From Eubacteriales bacterium (GTDB lineage Bacteria > Bacillota > Clostridia > Oscillospirales > CAG-382): DNA of 64,000 nucleotides. Below, one piece after another: positions 1 to 10,044 of this stretch (positions are counted from its first letter, which is position 1; each line of letters opens with the position of its first letter). A program made the position numbers and the translations under genes. The stretch spans positions 12,169 through 76,168 of the forward strand of contig JAZQKV010000017.1 in NCBI GenBank assembly GCA_045542335.1, in the 5' to 3' direction. The notes under the pieces are model-generated. The model made no database searches. It had not been told where the DNA came from and saw only the letters and a list, made by a program, of their open reading frames with translations.

Positions 1-797
1 TTGCTTGTTCCGAGCTTGTCGCTTTCCATGTTGGTGAGATAGTAATAAACAGTGTAACCCAATGCGCCCTCGGAGTTATCATATTCGGCAACAGCTTCAA
101 GAAGTCCTATCATTGAGCCGATTCTGAGGGAGGTGGGCGGATCCATGAGCTCATCACCGAGATTTATGAGCTTGTCAAAAAGTGTCTGACTTCCGCTGTC
201 ACGGTTTCGCTGATAGGGTATCATTTCAAGGTCTTTGCCGCCAACTGTTTTCCAGTTTGTAATCTCGCCTTTATAGATTTGCTTGATTTGATTTGTGGTG
301 AGAGAGGAAACCTCGTTTTTAAGACTGCATATAAACACAAGAGCATCTGCACCGATTGCTGTCATCTCATATTCAAAGCCTTTTTGATTTGCATATTCCA
401 AAGCCTCTTCAGATGGTTCATATGCAAGAAGAATGTCAAATGTTCCGTCAACGAGTGCCTCATAATTGTCGGTGGTTGAACCCTCAAAAACAATCATTGA
501 GTTTGCTGTTTCGCGGTCAATGCCAAGCACGGTTGCGGTCACCGCTTCGCCAAGAGGGAGAGCCGCAAGAGAGCCGCCCATTTTAGGATAATTGTCTGTT
601 GTGAAAGTGAAATTTCCTGTGTTTTCAACGTCGGAATTATCGGGGATTACGGATGTGTCAGAAGCGGTGGGGGTATCATTGGTTTGGGGATCTACAGGTG
701 GGGTGTTGTTATCCGGTGAGCAGGAAACAAGCATTGCGCTTGCGGTCAGAAGCGCAGAGAGTGTCAGCGTGGATAGTCTTTTGAGTGTTAATTTCAT
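1..797 (-). CDS. PstS-like (periplasmic-binding-protein fold) substrate-binding lipoprotein; the 3' end lies outside the window
   Basis: Absent from the ORF track because it runs off the window edge. My own minus-strand translation starts at the ATG at 795-797 (AGGAG RBS upstream) and gives MKLTLKRLSTLTLSALLTASAMLVSC (lipobox). It continues ...TTNQIKQIYKGEITNWKTVGGKD...QRNRDSGSQ... and reaches GYTVYYYLTNMESDKLGTS at position 1. The ITNWKxVGG and RxxxSGS pattern is typical of phosphate-binding-protein-like SBPs. Confidence 0.55.
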   Translation of the reverse strand, partial: MKLTLKRLSTLTLSALLTASAMLVSCSPDNNTPPVDPQTNDTPTASDTSVIPDNSDVENTGNFTFTTDNYPKMGGSLAALPLGEAVTATVLGIDRETANSMIVFEGSTTDNYEALVDGTFDILLAYEPSEEALEYANQKGFEYEMTAIGADALVFICSLKNEVSSLTTNQIKQIYKGEITNWKTVGGKDLEMIPYQRNRDSGSQTLFDKLINLGDELMDPPTSLRIGSMIGLLEAVAEYDNSEGALGYTVYYYLTNMESDKLGTS

Positions 798-832
798 TGT
801 GATACTCCTTTCAGATTATAGTGTTTTATATG

Positions 833-2581
833 TTAGTCTGTTTTTAGGTTTCTTACTTTGACAATTGGATTCAGTTTGCCGTCTGAAACGCTTGAAAGAT
901 GGATAATTTCATTTTCAACATAGCGCAAATAGGTTTTTCCGCAAACTTCAAGGGTCTGCAAATAGGGGGCTTTTTCAAGAACATATTTTCCTGTTTCGGC
1001 ATCATAAAGCGAGTAAAAGCCTGTGCCGGGAAGAGTTGGGTCTTCATTGGGAATGTATTTGTACAAAATAAGGAATCTTCCGTCAATGCAGTTGTGGACA
1101 CCTGTGTTTTCAAAAATGCCAAGTTCTTTTTTTGCTTTAAGGTCTATAACAACTGTGTCCTCGTAGTTTTCGTCAACATACATTGTTATGAAACGCTCAT
1201 CCATTGCATTAAAGTATTCTGAACTGCCGGAGGGGGCTTTGTAGGTGTAAAGTGTTTTGCCTGATTTGTCCATAAAGGTGAATACACGGGTGTTGTGGTC
1301 AAGGTGAGCGAAAATATCCGAATCCCAGTTGGGAGAGACGTTTGGGGAAGCTCCGAGCTGTGAGGAAACTATCTTTTTGCCTGTTGAAAGGTTGGTAAAT
1401 TCATGATACCCACCGTTCTGATGGCTGAAAAAGTGGAGAACACCATTGTTTTTGCCGACAAAGGAATAGCTGCCGTTGGCAAAAGGAGTGTCTAACTTTA
1501 TTATTGATTCGGAAAGGTCTTTGCCACCGGAATAGCTTGCAAGGTAATGGTCGCCGTCTTTACTCATTATGAACATTTTGTTTTTGGGATTGGCGAAAAT
1601 GCTGTCATATTGAGCAGGAATAACAAGTTTTCCTCGTGTGTTGATAATGCCGGCAAGGGATTGGGTGTCTTTTTCTTTGCCCGGAACATCAAAACGCACA
1701 ACCGCAAAGCCATCTGTAAATTCACCGCAATCACTGAAGCCGCCAACAACCTTGTTTCCGTTTATGTCAATATAACATCCATCATAATAAGCGTTTTCTC
1801 CGAAGGTTGAGGTGACAACAGGAGCAAGACCGTCTTTCCCGAAATTTCCGAAATAAATCCAGCCATTTTCAACGCTTGCTTCGTAAATCACATTTCCTTT
1901 GAAATCAAGCACCTTATACGTAAAATCAGAGTCGTTCATGACATCACCTGACATTACAACAAGTCTGCCGTTTCCGTCTTCTGCGTTGCCATAAATATAA
2001 TTAAGGCTCATGCCGTCAAGCTCTGTCATCCACGATCCGTCAACGGAGCAAACGGCGGTATAGGTTTTGGTGGAATAGTTTTTCTCGTCGAAGGAAAGAT
2101 CTTTTGTGAGGACATAATAGTAGTTACCGTTTCCATCGTCCTGGGGATAAATTCCCGAATAGACCGCATCAACAACGATTTTGCCGTCAAGGGTGCAAAG
2201 ACCGTAGTTTTCAAATGACATTTTCCCACCAAAAAATCTGTCTTCCGGGTCCGCCGGATAATACTCGGTTATGCTTCCGACAAAGGGAATCAACATTCCG
2301 TAATCGTCACGAGGAATAAGCTTGTCGGTGTGTTCGGCATAAAAGCGACTGAATTTTTCGTCCCTGTCGGTGTATTTTCCAATGTCGGGCAACCTGTTGA
2401 GCTTGAATACGGGGACATTTTCATCAGGGGACAAAGCTTCGGACTTTTGTGGAATGGCGGCATCGACGGCGGTGATATTTTCGGAAAGCAAATCGGTGTT
2501 GCTGTCGTCGGTGACAGGTGAACAAGCCGCCGCAGAAACTGCAACAACAATTGCGCATATCAGGGCTGTCAGCTTTTTCAT
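833..2581 (-). CDS. WG-repeat-like lipoprotein of unknown function
   Basis: 582-aa ORF with signal and lipobox MKKLTALICAIVVAVSAAAC and an AGGAG RBS. It has repeated segments of the type DGKIVVDAVYSGIY, NGNKVVGGFSDCGEFTDGFAVV and TRGKLVIPAQYDSI, as in WG/KWG repeat proteins. Confidence 0.5.
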   Translation of the reverse strand: MKKLTALICAIVVAVSAAACSPVTDDSNTDLLSENITAVDAAIPQKSEALSPDENVPVFKLNRLPDIGKYTDRDEKFSRFYAEHTDKLIPRDDYGMLIPFVGSITEYYPADPEDRFFGGKMSFENYGLCTLDGKIVVDAVYSGIYPQDDGNGNYYYVLTKDLSFDEKNYSTKTYTAVCSVDGSWMTELDGMSLNYIYGNAEDGNGRLVVMSGDVMNDSDFTYKVLDFKGNVIYEASVENGWIYFGNFGKDGLAPVVTSTFGENAYYDGCYIDINGNKVVGGFSDCGEFTDGFAVVRFDVPGKEKDTQSLAGIINTRGKLVIPAQYDSIFANPKNKMFIMSKDGDHYLASYSGGKDLSESIIKLDTPFANGSYSFVGKNNGVLHFFSHQNGGYHEFTNLSTGKKIVSSQLGASPNVSPNWDSDIFAHLDHNTRVFTFMDKSGKTLYTYKAPSGSSEYFNAMDERFITMYVDENYEDTVVIDLKAKKELGIFENTGVHNCIDGRFLILYKYIPNEDPTLPGTGFYSLYDAETGKYVLEKAPYLQTLEVCGKTYLRYVENEIIHLSSVSDGKLNPIVKVRNLKTD

Positions 2582-2710
2582 TTTTTTGCTCCTTTCTTTG
2601 TGATAAATATTAGACGCATGGGAAAGCAGGTTTGTTCCGGAAAAATTGGCGATGGGAAGCCGGAATCAAAAGGATTTGTTTATAAAGCAAGAGGCTTGTG
2701 TGAGCGATGA

Positions 2711-3484
2711 TTATCGGCTGTATTTTTTGTGCTGAACATTATATGAAATTCTTGCAAGAAGCGGATTTGACAAAAGCCTTGAAGCAAATGCAAGAAACTT
2801 TATGTCAATTCCGGGGAAGATTGCGGCTTTTCCTTTGAACATCATTTTCACGGCGTGTTCTGCAACAAATTGCGAGGATTTTCCGCTTAAAGAAAACCTT
2901 ACGTTTGCAACGTCGGAGAACTCCGTGTTGACAGGACCGGGGCACAGACATCCAACATAAATGCTATCTGAAAGACCGTCTTTGCGTACCTCCTCACGGA
3001 TTGCATGGGTGAGGCTAACGACATATGCCTTTGTGGCGTAATATGTTGCAAGAAGCGGACCCGGCATATAACCGCCAATGGAGGCGACATTGAGGATTTT
3101 CCCCTTGCCTTTGCTGTAAAAACTCTGAAGAAAAAGCTTTGTGAGAATGTGCATGGCACGGATATTAAGATCAATCATCGAAAGCTCGCGGTCGAGGTCG
3201 TTTTCCACAAACCTGCCGAGGAGTCCGAAGCCTGCGTTGTTTATAACAATGTCTACGCTCTTGTTCTCAACGGCTTTATAAAGAGCCATGCAATTTTCCG
3301 CACTGCACAAATCCATCGGGATAACCTCGACGTTTATTCCGAATTCTTCGCCAAGCTCTGCGGCAAGGCTTTCAAGTCGTTCTTTTCTTCGGGCAACAAG
3401 TATAAGGTCGTGCCCGGATTTTGCAAGGCAGCGTGCAATATCTGTTCCGATTCCGGAGCTTGCACCGGTTATGAGTGCTTTCAT
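2711..3484 (-). CDS. Short-chain dehydrogenase/reductase (SDR) family oxidoreductase
   Basis: Carries the SDR motifs TGASSGIG (cofactor-binding), NNAG and YYATK (YxxxK catalytic), in a 257-aa protein. Confidence 0.85.
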   Translation of the reverse strand: MKALITGASSGIGTDIARCLAKSGHDLILVARRKERLESLAAELGEEFGINVEVIPMDLCSAENCMALYKAVENKSVDIVINNAGFGLLGRFVENDLDRELSMIDLNIRAMHILTKLFLQSFYSKGKGKILNVASIGGYMPGPLLATYYATKAYVVSLTHAIREEVRKDGLSDSIYVGCLCPGPVNTEFSDVANVRFSLSGKSSQFVAEHAVKMMFKGKAAIFPGIDIKFLAFASRLLSNPLLARISYNVQHKKYSR

Positions 3485-3788
3485 TCTATCACATCCATAA
3501 ATTATTTATATAATAATTATAACCGCAATTTATTAAAATTCCACACGCTGCCTGTGAACATATTATTTTATATTGCCAAGAATTTGACAAAATCTGAAAA
3601 TATAACCTAAAATGTTAATTTTTTGTTTAACCCCTTTTATTTATCGAAGATATGTGTTATAATAAAGAGTAATATTGTGTCGGATTATACCCTCATGGCA
3701 AAAAACAAGCTGACAGAGGTTTTTACAGCACAATATATAAGAAAAAATTCCCGTTGCAAGTTGTTGCAAAGGAAAGGAAAAGACAATA

Positions 3789-4037
3789 ATGAAAGAAGTT
3801 TCATATACTCCCAAGGGAGTATGTTCAAGGGCAATCAGCTTTAAAATTGACGACGAGGGGAAAGTTCGTGACCTTCGTTTCAGCGGTGGCTGCAGCGGAA
3901 ACACGCAGGGCATTTGTGCACTTATAGAGGGCATGGATGCAAACGAGGCGGCAAAACGTCTTGAGGGGATAAAATGCGGTTTTAAGCCAACCTCGTGTCC
4001 CGACCAGCTTGCAAAGGCTATAAAGAGTAACTCTTGA
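3789..4037 (+). CDS. TSCPD-domain small protein (TIGR03905-like)
   Basis: 82 aa with GGCSGNTQG and GIKCGFKPTSCPDQLA Cys motifs characteristic of the stand-alone TSCPD family. The RBS is GGAAAGGAAAAG. Confidence 0.65.
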   Translation: MKEVSYTPKGVCSRAISFKIDDEGKVRDLRFSGGCSGNTQGICALIEGMDANEAAKRLEGIKCGFKPTSCPDQLAKAIKSNS

Positions 4038-4155
4038 ATAATAAAGTATTGTGCAGTGGTGTTGCCTTGAACAAGGATTCTCTTGGTAATATCTGCACAT
4101 TTACTTTGCAAACAGATTGAAATTCACACCCACCCCCGGAAAGGATGAAATACCT

Positions 4156-5871
4156 ATGTCATACATGACAGAATTTAACAAATGGAAAAACTATGAAAAC
4201 CTCGAAGCAAGTCTTAAAGCCGAAATCAAGGCTATAGACGGCAACGAGAATGAGATAAAAGCACGCTTCACAGGTCCGCTTTCTTTTGGTACGGCAGGAC
4301 TTCGCGGTATTATGCAATGCGGAATCGGAGGCATGAATATATACACCGTTGCTCAGGCAACACAGGGCGTTGCAAGCCTTGTTAAAAAGAACGGCGGCGA
4401 AAAGAGGGGCGTTGTTATTGCGTGCGACACGAGAAACAACTCCGAGCTTTTCTCCCGTGTTTCCGCAGGAGTTCTTGCGGCAAACGGTGTTAAGGCTTAC
4501 ATTTTCGATGCGCCACGACCTACGCCGGAGCTTTCATTTGCTTTGCGTGAGCTTGGTGCAATTGCGGGTATCAATGTAACTGCTTCCCACAATCCCAAGG
4601 CGTATAACGGCTACAAGGTATATTGGGAGGACGGCGCACAGCTTTCCCCGGAGGATGCTGAAATTGTTGCGGCAGAGATAGCGGCTACAGACATTTTCTC
4701 TGTTGAAGTTATGGATTTTGAAAAGGCAGTTGAAAGCGGAATCGTTGAGGTTATAGGAAAGGCTGTTGACGACAAGTTTATTGACACCATTCTTCGTGAA
4801 AGAATCAATCCTCATATAATCCCAAAGCTTGCCGACAGCTTCAAGGTGGTTTACACACCACTTCACGGAACGGGCGCGGCTCTTGTTCCCGAAACGCTTA
4901 AGCGTGCCGGAATCAAGCACCTTATTTGCGTTGATGAGCAGATGAAGCCCGACGGAAACTTCCCCACGGTTAAAACTCCCAATCCCGAAAACAAAGATTG
5001 CTTTGACATTGGAATTGCTCTTGCAAAGGAACACGGCTGTGACCTTGTTATCGGCACAGACCCCGATGCTGACAGAACGGGAATTGTTGTTAAGAAAGAG
5101 GACGGCGAATTTGTTTGCCTGACAGGAAATCAGGTTGGCGTTCTCCTTTGCGACTATATTATCACGGGCAGACGTGAGCAGGGGACTCTTGCGGATAATG
5201 CCTGCGTGATAAAGTCAATCGTGTCAACCGAGCTTGCAAGAAAGGTTTGTGAAAAGAACGGTGTCACAATGATGGACGTTCTCACAGGCTTCAAGTTTAT
5301 CGGCGAAAAAATAAAAGAGTTTGAAAAGACAGGCTCTCACACCTATATCCTCGGCTTTGAGGAAAGTTATGGCTACCTCAGCGGCACATATGCCCGTGAC
5401 AAGGATGCTGTTTGTGCAACGCTTCTTATAACCGAAATGGCGGCTTCGTATGCTGACAAGGGTATGACGCTTTATGATGCTATGGAGGCAGTTTATGCAA
5501 AGTACGGTTATTTTGCAGAGAAAGTTGTGAGCATTGAAATGAGTGGTCTTGACGGCAAGGAAAAGACAGCGAAGCTCATGAGCAATCTCAGAAACACGCC
5601 ACCTGCGCTTCTCGGCGGCACAAAAATTGTTTCCGTTGCCGACTACAAGAGTGGCAAAATAAGGTCAATGGTTGGCGAGGCTGAAAAGGAAACGGGACTT
5701 CCGAAGTCAGATGTTTTGTATTTCCGCCTGGAGGACGGTTCAAGCGTTGTTATCCGTCCGTCGGGAACAGAGCCAAAAGTGAAGGTATATTACATGGTTT
5801 CGGGAAGCGAAAAGGCGGCAACAGACGAGATGTTGGAAAAGTATATGGATGCGTTTAAAAAGCTGATATAA
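4156..5871 (+). CDS. Phospho-sugar mutase (phosphoglucomutase/phosphomannomutase family)
   Basis: Has the active-site loop TASHNPKAYNGYK and the Mg-binding loop GTDPDADR. I placed the start at the internal ATG (MSYMTEF) behind an AAAGGA RBS rather than at the track start 4117. Confidence 0.85.
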   Translation: MSYMTEFNKWKNYENLEASLKAEIKAIDGNENEIKARFTGPLSFGTAGLRGIMQCGIGGMNIYTVAQATQGVASLVKKNGGEKRGVVIACDTRNNSELFSRVSAGVLAANGVKAYIFDAPRPTPELSFALRELGAIAGINVTASHNPKAYNGYKVYWEDGAQLSPEDAEIVAAEIAATDIFSVEVMDFEKAVESGIVEVIGKAVDDKFIDTILRERINPHIIPKLADSFKVVYTPLHGTGAALVPETLKRAGIKHLICVDEQMKPDGNFPTVKTPNPENKDCFDIGIALAKEHGCDLVIGTDPDADRTGIVVKKEDGEFVCLTGNQVGVLLCDYIITGRREQGTLADNACVIKSIVSTELARKVCEKNGVTMMDVLTGFKFIGEKIKEFEKTGSHTYILGFEESYGYLSGTYARDKDAVCATLLITEMAASYADKGMTLYDAMEAVYAKYGYFAEKVVSIEMSGLDGKEKTAKLMSNLRNTPPALLGGTKIVSVADYKSGKIRSMVGEAEKETGLPKSDVLYFRLEDGSSVVIRPSGTEPKVKVYYMVSGSEKAATDEMLEKYMDAFKKLI

Positions 5872-5978
5872 TTTGTAAAGTTTATTTTGATATAAAGTTC
5901 TTTAGGTTCCTTTCTTTCAAGAAAGGAACGCCCCACCGGCGAGGCGAAATATGAAAAAATTTGAAAGGACATAAAATC

Positions 5979-7424
5979 ATGGCAGACAAGAAAGTTGAAA
6001 AAATCACGTCAAGAGATGTTGATTTTGCAAAATGGTACACGGATATAGTTAAAAATGCAGACCTTGTGGATTATTCCAGCGTCAAGGGTTGCATGATTAT
6101 CAGACCTTATGGCTATGCTATCTGGGAAAACATTCAGGGAACACTTGACAGAATGTTCAAGGAAACAGGTCACTGCAATGTTGCAATGCCTATGTTTATT
6201 CCCGAAAGCCTTCTCAATAAGGAGAAGGACCATGTTGAGGGCTTTGCGCCTGAGGTTGCATGGGTAACACATGGTGGAAGTGAGGAGCTTACAGAGCGTC
6301 TTTGCGTTCGTCCTACCTCCGAAACACTTTTCTGCGAGCATTATGCAAACATTATCAAGTCTTACAGAGATTTGCCCAAGCTTTACAACCAGTGGTGCAG
6401 CGTTGTGCGTTGGGAGAAAACAACACGTCCTTTCCTCAGAAGCCGTGAATTCCATTGGCAGGAAGGTCACACAATGCACGCAACAGCTGCTGAAGCACAG
6501 GAAGAAACAATCAAGATGCTTGGCGTTTACGCTGACTTCTGCGAAAACTATCTTGCAATCCCCGTTGTAAAGGGAAGAAAGACCGACAAGGAAAAGTTCG
6601 CAGGTGCGGAAGCCACATATACAATTGAGGCACTTATGCACGATGGACGTGCGCTTCAGTCCGGTACATCCCACAACTTCGGCGATGGCTTTGCCAAGGC
6701 ATTTGATATAAAGTATCTTGACAAGGACAACACTCTCAAGTATTGTTCACAGACCTCCTGGGGTATGTCCACAAGAATCATCGGCGGTATTATCATGACC
6801 CACGGCGATGACAACGGACTTGTTCTTCCTCCTGCAATTGCTCCCTCACAGGTTGTTGTTGTTCCTGTTCAGATGCACAAAGAGGGCGTTGTTGAAAAGG
6901 CAAGAGAGATTATGGCAGAGCTTAAAAAGTCGGTTCGTGTTGAAATTGACGAGCGTGACCAGAGCCCCGGATGGAAGTTTGCGGAGCATGAAATGAGAGG
7001 TGTTCCTGTAAGACTTGAAATTGGTCCCCGCGATATTGAAAACAATGTTTGCGTTCTTGCACGTCGTGACAACGGTGAAAAGATAACAGCAAGCCTTGAT
7101 AATCTTGCAGAAACAATTACTGCACTCCTTGACACTATCACCAAGGATATGTATGAAAAGGCAAAGGCGAGAAGAAATTCCATGACCTATACTGCCGAAA
7201 CAATGGACGAAATTATCGACATTGCGGCAAATAAGCCCGGCTTTATCAAGACATATTGGTGTGGCGGTCTTGACTGCGAGCTTGAGCTCAAGGAAAAGGC
7301 AGATATAACAAGCCGTTGTATGCCTTTTGATGCCAACGAGGTAGGCGGAGAGGTTAAGTCACATAAGTGCGTTTGCTGCGGCAAGGAAACAGACACCATT
7401 ATTCTCTGGGGCAAAGCGTATTGA
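5979..7424 (+). CDS. proS: Proline--tRNA ligase (archaeal/eukaryote-like type without an editing insertion)
   Basis: [24 protein letters not shown]..., class II synthetase motifs, about 480 aa, with a C-terminal Cys cluster and a terminal ...WGKAY. The start is taken at MADKK behind an AAAGGA RBS. Confidence 0.9.
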   Translation: MADKKVEKITSRDVDFAKWYTDIVKNADLVDYSSVKGCMIIRPYGYAIWENIQGTLDRMFKETGHCNVAMPMFIPESLLNKEKDHVEGFAPEVAWVTHGGSEELTERLCVRPTSETLFCEHYANIIKSYRDLPKLYNQWCSVVRWEKTTRPFLRSREFHWQEGHTMHATAAEAQEETIKMLGVYADFCENYLAIPVVKGRKTDKEKFAGAEATYTIEALMHDGRALQSGTSHNFGDGFAKAFDIKYLDKDNTLKYCSQTSWGMSTRIIGGIIMTHGDDNGLVLPPAIAPSQVVVVPVQMHKEGVVEKAREIMAELKKSVRVEIDERDQSPGWKFAEHEMRGVPVRLEIGPRDIENNVCVLARRDNGEKITASLDNLAETITALLDTITKDMYEKAKARRNSMTYTAETMDEIIDIAANKPGFIKTYWCGGLDCELELKEKADITSRCMPFDANEVGGEVKSHKCVCCGKETDTIILWGKAY

Positions 7425-7445
7425 TTTGACACAAACATAAATTTA

Positions 7446-7481
7446 AGAGGGAAACCGATGGCGGTTTCCCTCTGATTTTTT
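7446..7481. terminator. Bidirectional intrinsic terminator between convergent proS and the LRR gene
   Basis: A 12-bp stem (agagggaaaccg / cggtttccctct) with loop atgg is followed by gatttttt. Confidence 0.75.
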
Positions 7482-7496
7482 CAGGCTCCTGTATTT

Positions 7497-8555
7497 CTAT
7501 CTTGTAAATGAAATAGTTCTTGTGATGCCATCCCATGAAATATTACCGAAAGCAGAGAGGTCGTCAATTATAATGGCGGTCATTCCGCCGATGTTGTAGC
7601 TTGTAACTTGTTTTCCGTTGACATAAGTAACGATGTCAGTGTGATAAACATATCCTGCACGAGTTCCTATTCTACCCTTTGTTGGAGTTCCTTCGACGCC
7701 GCCAATTACTGTTTTGTTGTCATTGAAGATATTCAAAGAACGCTCTTTATCATTCCATTCTACACTGAAACCATATTTTGCTAAATCTTCTGCAATAATT
7801 GCGGTGTTACCATCGATATTGTAAGAACGAATAGCTTTGCTGTCAATAAAGGCTTTTATATCGGTATTTTGATAGTGATTTACAATTGTTCCTGGTTTGA
7901 TTTCTATTGGTTCAAAGGGAATGTTGTTTTCATTTGCATATGTTTCGGCGTAACTTCCGGGGAATCCGCATATAGTAAGTTTGTTACAACCTATAAAGGC
8001 ATCTTTTTCGATTACTGTTACGGTCTTTGGAATTGTTATGATAGGCAAATTTGAGCAATTTTCAAATGCTCTTTCACCTATTCTTTTTAATCCATAATAC
8101 AATCTTACTTCTACTAAATCAGTGCAGTTGGAAAATGCTAAACAATCAATGTATTCTAAATACTGCGAATCCAGCCATGCTCTTTGAACACAACTGTTTT
8201 GAAAAGCCATATATCCTATACTAGCAACGCTGTATCCAAGCCTTAAATTATAAAACTCACTATTTCTGTTGTGTTCATTCCAAGGATTGGAGGAAGGATT
8301 TTCGAAACTATACATTGGTCCTTTTCCAGTAATAGTTAACATTCCTGACGATTCGTCAAAACTCCATTTTAAATTATCGCCACACTTGCCTGATGTTGTT
8401 AATGGTTGCCAGTCTCCCTGAACTCCTCCAGACCCGTCAACGATAAATGCAATACTACCAAAACCTGCGGGGAACAACGCCGAAACAGTTGTGAATAGGG
8501 ATGAAAAAATGGATAAGAAGACTACGATGCAAATTGACAATAAGTGCTTTTTCAT
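7497..8555 (-). CDS. Secreted BspA-type leucine-rich-repeat protein with two C-terminal copper-amine-oxidase-N-like (stalk) repeats
   Basis: Has the signal-anchor MKKHLLSICIVVFLSIFSSLF and LRR_5-like repeats (IGYMAFQNS, IDCLAFSNCTDL, IGERAFENCSNL, IEKDAFIGCNKL). Two C-terminal repeats read ...SYNIDGNTAIIAEDLAKYGFSVEWND... and ...SYNIGGMTAIIIDDLSAFGNISWDG.... The start is at the ATG behind AAGGAGGA (track start 8615 rejected). Confidence 0.6.
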   Translation of the reverse strand: MKKHLLSICIVVFLSIFSSLFTTVSALFPAGFGSIAFIVDGSGGVQGDWQPLTTSGKCGDNLKWSFDESSGMLTITGKGPMYSFENPSSNPWNEHNRNSEFYNLRLGYSVASIGYMAFQNSCVQRAWLDSQYLEYIDCLAFSNCTDLVEVRLYYGLKRIGERAFENCSNLPIITIPKTVTVIEKDAFIGCNKLTICGFPGSYAETYANENNIPFEPIEIKPGTIVNHYQNTDIKAFIDSKAIRSYNIDGNTAIIAEDLAKYGFSVEWNDKERSLNIFNDNKTVIGGVEGTPTKGRIGTRAGYVYHTDIVTYVNGKQVTSYNIGGMTAIIIDDLSAFGNISWDGITRTISFTR

Positions 8556-8744
8556 AAAAATCCTCCTTGAAAAATAAAAAGTGCGCAACTTAAAGCCACG
8601 CACCGAAAAACGCATGACTCCGAATTGCTGCTACACAAAACTTCCTTACGCTTACTGTTTGAGCATGTGGAAAAGAGCCTGCATTTTTACCAAAAAATGC
8701 ACGCACAAACAGAAAGTCAAATATAAGTTTCGTGTAGCAAGCTA

Positions 8745-8773
8745 ATTATAACATAAAAGGGTTTTTTTGTCAA
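8745..8773 (-). promoter_or_regulatory. Consensus sigma-A promoter for the LRR gene
   Basis: The minus strand reads TTGACA-N17-TATAAT with a TGt extended -10. It lies about 190 nt upstream of the ATG at 8555. Confidence 0.55.
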
Positions 8774-8836
8774 CCCTAAAAAAGAGAAAACACAACGAAA
8801 GACTATGTTTTCTCTTGTTTTGAAGTTTTTGGGATT

Positions 8837-8866
8837 CTTAAGGACTTTTTTCAAAAAGTCCTTAAG
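8837..8866. other. 30-nt perfect palindrome, a possible bidirectional terminator or insulator
   Basis: The sequence cttaaggacttttt tc aaaaagtccttaag lies immediately next to the 38-bp tandem array and downstream of azlD on the minus strand. Confidence 0.4.
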
Positions 8867-8868
8867 CG

Positions 8869-9006
8869 GGGAGTGGGGCAGCGCCCCACATAATGCACTT
8901 GAATAAGGGAGTGGGGCAGCGCCCCACATAATGCACTTGAATAAGGGAGTGGGGCAGCGCCCCACATAACGCACTTGAATAAGGGAGTGGGGCAGCGCCC
9001 CACATA
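8869..9006. repeat. Tandem direct repeat, 38-bp unit x about 3.6, each unit with a GC-rich hairpin core
   Basis: Unit gggagtggggcagcgccccacataatgcacttgaataa occurs at 8869-8906, 8907-8944 and 8945-8982 (one a-to-c change), with a partial copy at 8983-9006. The core gtggggc-agc-gccccac forms a 7-bp stem with a 3-nt loop. Confidence 0.9.
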
Positions 9007-9010
9007 TATA

Positions 9011-9343
9011 TTAAAATACCACCTGTACCAAAACCATGTAAACAATAGTGCCACCGGCAATTGAGAGGAGTGTCTGACGTTTCCAAATGTGGAGAAGTGC
9101 TGTAACAACGACGGCTATAAGCTCGGGAATACCATGGCTTCCCGAAAGCAAATCAACATTTTTAAAGCTGTAAACGACAAGCATACCGAAAACTGCCGCC
9201 GGCAGAACTTTTCCGAGATACTCTATGTATTTTGGTGTTGGTTTGTCCGAACGGAAAAGTATAAAGGGCAGAAAACGAGTCAGCATCGTTCCAAGAACAA
9301 CCGCAATAACCGTCAAAAGCATTTGTGAAAATGTCATGCTCAT
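9011..9343 (-). CDS. azlD: Branched-chain amino acid exporter small subunit AzlD
   Basis: A 110-aa polytopic membrane protein whose start overlaps the stop of the AzlC-like gene by 4 nt, which is the typical azlCD pair arrangement. Confidence 0.7.
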   Translation of the reverse strand: MSMTFSQMLLTVIAVVLGTMLTRFLPFILFRSDKPTPKYIEYLGKVLPAAVFGMLVVYSFKNVDLLSGSHGIPELIAVVVTALLHIWKRQTLLSIAGGTIVYMVLVQVVF

Positions 9344-10044
9344 ATCTTTCCACCCCTTTCAAGTGCGCCTCGCATGAGAGTGAGCGCAATAAGAATGACA
9401 AGCATCGAGGGAATTATAAAGCTGTCAGCTCCGAAAATCAAAAGGCATATAAGAGAAAGAATTATTCCGCAAATGCTGCTTGTGTGATCCTTTTCCGATA
9501 AAAAGTGTTCAAGATATATAACAACAAACATGGCTGTCAGTACAAAGTCAAGTCCTTCTGTGCTGAAATGTATGAACGAACCAAGCACCGAGCCGAGAAT
9601 CGTCCCAGTTACCCAATAGATGTGATTCAGAAGTGTCACCCAGAACATGAAAAGTCCTTTGTCAATTCCCTCCGGAATATTTGCCGAACAGTTGACAGAA
9701 AAACTTTCATCCGTAAGTCCGAAAATCATATATGGTTTCTTTTTGCCGAGAGATTTGTATTTGTCAAGAAGCGCAATTCCATAAAAGAGATGGCGTGCGT
9801 TGACCATAAGTGTCATCAAAAACGCCTGCAATGGATTGAATACGGAAAGCAATAAATCAACCATGACAAATTGCATTGAGCCGGCAAAAACAAAAATGCT
9901 GATTATAAGCGGCAACATTATTCCAAAACCTTTGGTGTTCATGAGAACGCCATATGTAAAGCCGAGAAATAAAAAGCCGGTCATTATGGGAATGGTGTGC
10001 GGAAATGCCGCACAAAGGGATTTTAAATGGCGGGAATCTCTCAT
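9340..10044 (-). CDS. azlC: AzlC family branched-chain amino acid exporter permease
   Basis: A roughly 234-aa membrane protein (…[22 protein letters not shown]…) of the AzlC family. The start is set at MRDSRH behind a perfect AGGAGG RBS rather than at 10092. Confidence 0.75.
   Translation of the reverse strand: MRDSRHLKSLCAAFPHTIPIMTGFLFLGFTYGVLMNTKGFGIMLPLIISIFVFAGSMQFVMVDLLLSVFNPLQAFLMTLMVNARHLFYGIALLDKYKSLGKKKPYMIFGLTDESFSVNCSANIPEGIDKGLFMFWVTLLNHIYWVTGTILGSVLGSFIHFSTEGLDFVLTAMFVVIYLEHFLSEKDHTSSICGIILSLICLLIFGADSFIIPSMLVILIALTLMRGALERGGKI

Noticed and set aside
5872-5978. T-box leader upstream of proS.
   Set aside because: The spacer is only about 105 nt and holds one hairpin (ggttcctttct-ttca-agaaaggaac) that looks like the phosphoglucomutase terminator. 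It has no T-box sequence and no room for stem I plus an antiterminator.
8869-9006. Possible CRISPR array.
   Set aside because: The repeat units abut directly with no unique spacers, there are only 3.6 copies, and no cas genes or leader are present in the window.
8717-9108. Three overlapping minus-strand ORFs (85, 85 and 74 aa) with repeating GRCPTPLFKCIMWGAAPLPYSSALCGALPHS text.
   Set aside because: They are read-through translations of the 38-bp tandem DNA repeat in three frames. They have no RBS, and one overlaps azlD, so the periodic protein text is an artefact of the DNA repeat.
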